Source: an uncultured Actinomycetota bacterium (lineage in GTDB: Bacteria; Actinomycetota; Actinomycetes; JAHEKZ01). From it: DNA of 64,000 nt. The first letter of the stretch is position 1. Every line of letters starts with the position of its first letter. The stretch is taken from NCBI GenBank assembly GCA_963718235.1, contig CAVQYR010000002.1, positions 192,001 to 256,000 on the forward strand, read 5' to 3'. Made by a program: the position numbers and the translations under genes. Below the pieces are notes generated by a model. It was not told where the DNA came from and made no database searches. It saw only the letters and a program-made list of their open reading frames with translations. This document shows positions 61,070 through 64,000 of this stretch, piece after piece.

Positions 61070-64000
61070 GTGAGCCTGTCCGGCCTGCTGGCGGCCCTAC
61101 GGGCCGACCCAGCCGTGACGGCGGCCGTCGAGGGCGCCCACTCGGCGGCGCTCTCGACGCTGGAGATCTCCGGCCCGAGAGCCCTCCCCCCTTCCTCGTC
61201 GCCGCGATCGCCTCGGGGCCGCTCGACGCCCAGCAGTGGGGGAACCGACCGGTCCTGGCCGTGACCTCGACCGGCCGGGAGGCCGAGGACCTCGCATCCT
61301 CACTGCGCTCGCTGCTGCCCGGTGAGCAGGTGGTCGACTTCCCCGCCTGGGAGACCCTGCCCCACGAACGGCTGTCCCCCCGGTCGGACACGGTGGGACG
61401 GCGACTGGCCGTCCTGCGGCGGCTGAGCCACCCGGACGCCTCGGACCCGGCAACCGGTGCGGTCCGGGTGGTCGTGGCACCGGTGCGGGCCGTGCTGCAG
61501 CCGATCGTCACCGGTCTTGGCGACCTGGAGCCAGTCACTCTGCGCGCGGGTGACCCGGTCGACCTGGCGGAGACCGCCCTGAGGCTGGCGGATGCCGGGT
61601 ACTCACGGGTCGACCTGGTCGAGAAGCGCGGCGACTTCGCCGTGCGCGGTGGCATCCTCGACGTCTTCCCCCCCACGGACGACCACCCGGTCCGGGTCGA
61701 GCTGTGGGGCGACACGGTCGAGGAGATCCGGTGGTTCCGGGTCGTCGACCAGCGCAGTCTGGAGGTGGCCGACCACGGCCTCTGGGCGGCGCCGGTGCGC
61801 GAGCTGCCGCTCACCGATGCCGTGCGGTCCAGGGCGCGTGCCTTGATGGACCAGCATCCCGGGCTGGCCGACGTGCTGGAACAGCTCGCCGAGGGCATCG
61901 CCGTGGAGGGGATGGAGGCGCTTGCTCCTGTGCTCGCCGACGGCATGGAGCTGCTGATCGACCGACTGCCGGTGGGTACCCACGTCGTCGTCGTCGACCC
62001 CGAGCGGGTGCGTGGCCGGGCGCACGACCTGGTGGCGACCTCACAGGAGTTCCTCGAGGCCTCGTGGGTCAACGCTGCCCTGGGCAACGTCTCACCGATC
62101 GACCTCGGGCAGGCGGCCTACCGCAGCGTGGCCGAGGTGCGGGCCCATGCCGTGGCTGCCGGCGTGCCGTGGTGGACGGTCGGCCCGTTCCTGCCTGACG
62201 CTGAGCCGGACACCGACGTGGTCGTCTCGTCGACCCGGCCGGCTCCTGAGTACCGGGGTGACACCGCCCGTGCCCTGGCCGACGTCAAGGGATGGCTGAA
62301 CGACGGCTGGTCGGTCGCTCTCGTCACCGAAGGGCACGGACCGGCCGAGCGCCTCGTCGAACGACTCGGCGACGAGGGCATCGCGGCCCGTCTGGACCTC
62401 GACCTCGCACCCGACCTCGCACCCGACCTCGTGCACGTCACGACCGGCCAGATCGAGCACGGTCTGGTGAGCGAGTCGCTGCGGCTGGCCGTCCTGACCG
62501 AGTCGGACCTGGTCGGCCAGCGCTCGTCGACCAAGGACATGCGACGGATGCCGTCGCGGCGCCGCAACACCGTCGACCCGCTGCAGCTGAAGCCTGGGGA
62601 CTTCGTCGTCCACGAGCAGCACGGCGTCGGCCGCTACGTGGAGATGGTGCAGCGCGAGGTCCAAGGCGCGCAGCGGGAGTACCTCGTCATCGAGTACGCG
62701 CCGGCCAAGCGCGGCCAGCCGGGCGACCGGCTGTTCGTCCCGACCGACCAGCTCGACCTCGTCACGCGGTACGTCGGGGGCGAGTCGCCGTCCCTGCACC
62801 GCCTCGGGGGCGCCGACTGGGCCAAGACCAAGGGGCGCGCGAAGAAGGCAGTCCGCCAGATCGCGGCCGAGCTCGTGCGCCTGTACTCCGCCCGGATGGC
62901 GTCACCAGGGCACCCGTACGGGCCGGACTCCCCGTGGCAGCGCGAGCTCGAGGACGCCTTCCCCTACGTCGAGACCCCTGACCAGATGGCCTCGATCGAC
63001 GAGGTCAAGGCCGACATGGAGCAGCCGTTCCCGATGGACCGCCTCATCTGCGGTGACGTCGGCTACGGCAAGACCGAGATCGCGGTACGGGCGGCGTTCA
63101 AGGCCGTGCAGGACGGCAAGCAGGTGGCCGTGCTGGTCCCCACGACGCTGTTGGTCACCCAGCACTTCAACACCTTCAGCGAGCGCTTCGCCAACTTCCC
63201 GGTTGCGGTGAGGCCGCTGTCGAGGTTCCAGAGCGACTCCGACGTCACTGCGACGCTCGAGGGACTGGCTCAGGGCACGGTCGACGTCGTCATCGGCACC
63301 CACCGGCTGCTACAGCCGACGACCCGCTTCAAGGACCTCGGACTCGTCATCATCGACGAGGAGCAGCGGTTCGGTGTCGAGCACAAGGAGCACCTGAAGG
63401 CCCTGCGGACCCACGTCGACGTGCTGACCATGTCGGCCACGCCGATCCCACGCACCCTGGAGATGGCAGTCAGCGGGATCCGTGACATGTCCACGATCCT
63501 CACCCCGCCCGAGGAGCGACACCCGGTCCTGACCTTCGTTGGTCCGTACGACGACAAGCAGGTCGGGGCAGCGGTCCGGCGTGAGCTGCTTCGCGAGGGG
63601 CAGGTCTTCTACGTCCACAACCGGGTCGAGTCGATCGAGAAGGCGGCCCGACGGCTGCGTGACCTCGTGCCCGAGGCGCGGGTCGAGGTGGCCCACGGGC
63701 AGATGGGGGAGCACCAGCTCGAGGACGTCATCCAACGGTTCTGGGACAAGTCCATCGACGTCCTGGTGTGCACCACCATCGTGGAGAGCGGACTGGACAT
63801 CTCCAACGCCAACACGCTGGTCCTGGAGCGTGCGGACACCCTGGGACTCGCCCAGCTGCACCAGCTGCGCGGCCGGGTCGGCCGTGGCCGCGAGCGTGGG
63901 TACGCGTACTTCCTCTACCCGCCGGAGAAGCCCCTCACCGAGACCGCGTACGACCGGTTGGCGACGATCGCCCAGCACACCGACCTCGGTTCCGGCATGG
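61070..64000 (+). CDS. mfd: Transcription-repair coupling factor (frameshift in the C-run at 61186-61191; 3'-truncated by the window)
   Basis: [83 protein letters not shown]. Confidence 0.96.

Noticed and set aside
62395-62430. GACCTCGCACCC tandem repeat inside mfd
   Set aside because: In-frame 12-bp microduplication ([10 protein letters not shown]) in a variable region; no regulatory evidence

Overview
High-GC actinobacterial chromosome window; finer taxonomy is not determinable from the sequence alone. The centre (about 20-53 kb) is a conserved core block: mscL, SAF protein, FmdB/Ruc with a CIRCE box, two crcB genes, 5-formyl-THF cycloligase, diguanylate cyclase, galU, moeA, moaC, moaB, RimJ-like GNAT, glpR-like gene, tRNA-Ala, copC/copD, pmt, rsmI, metG, tnaA, tatD, rpfB, rsmA, ispE, then desaturase, tRNA-Gln, glmU, prs, rplY and pth. 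mfd runs off the right end. Two accessory cell-surface glycan loci flank this core. The left locus (1-12.3 kb, beyond the 3' end of tRNA-Arg(CCT)) encodes a Wzz-like protein, sulfotransferase, APH-like kinase, flippase, CBM96+GH26-like hydrolase, beta-propeller, LamG protein and a large sulfatase-PKD-unknown domain-FG-GAP fusion. The right locus (53-61 kb) encodes a GT2, a PssE/PssD pair and two paralogous secreted propeller proteins, one with PKD plus the same unknown domain and one with an inserted malectin domain. The best candidate novel system is a sulfated exopolysaccharide writer/eraser/binder system split over these two loci. Its promoter regions carry BldD-like boxes, and an apparently active diguanylate cyclase abuts galU. 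Many genes are frameshifted, including mfd at a homopolymer, so most breaks are probably long-read indel errors and coordinates of broken genes are approximate. No CRISPR, rRNA, IS or integrase was seen.
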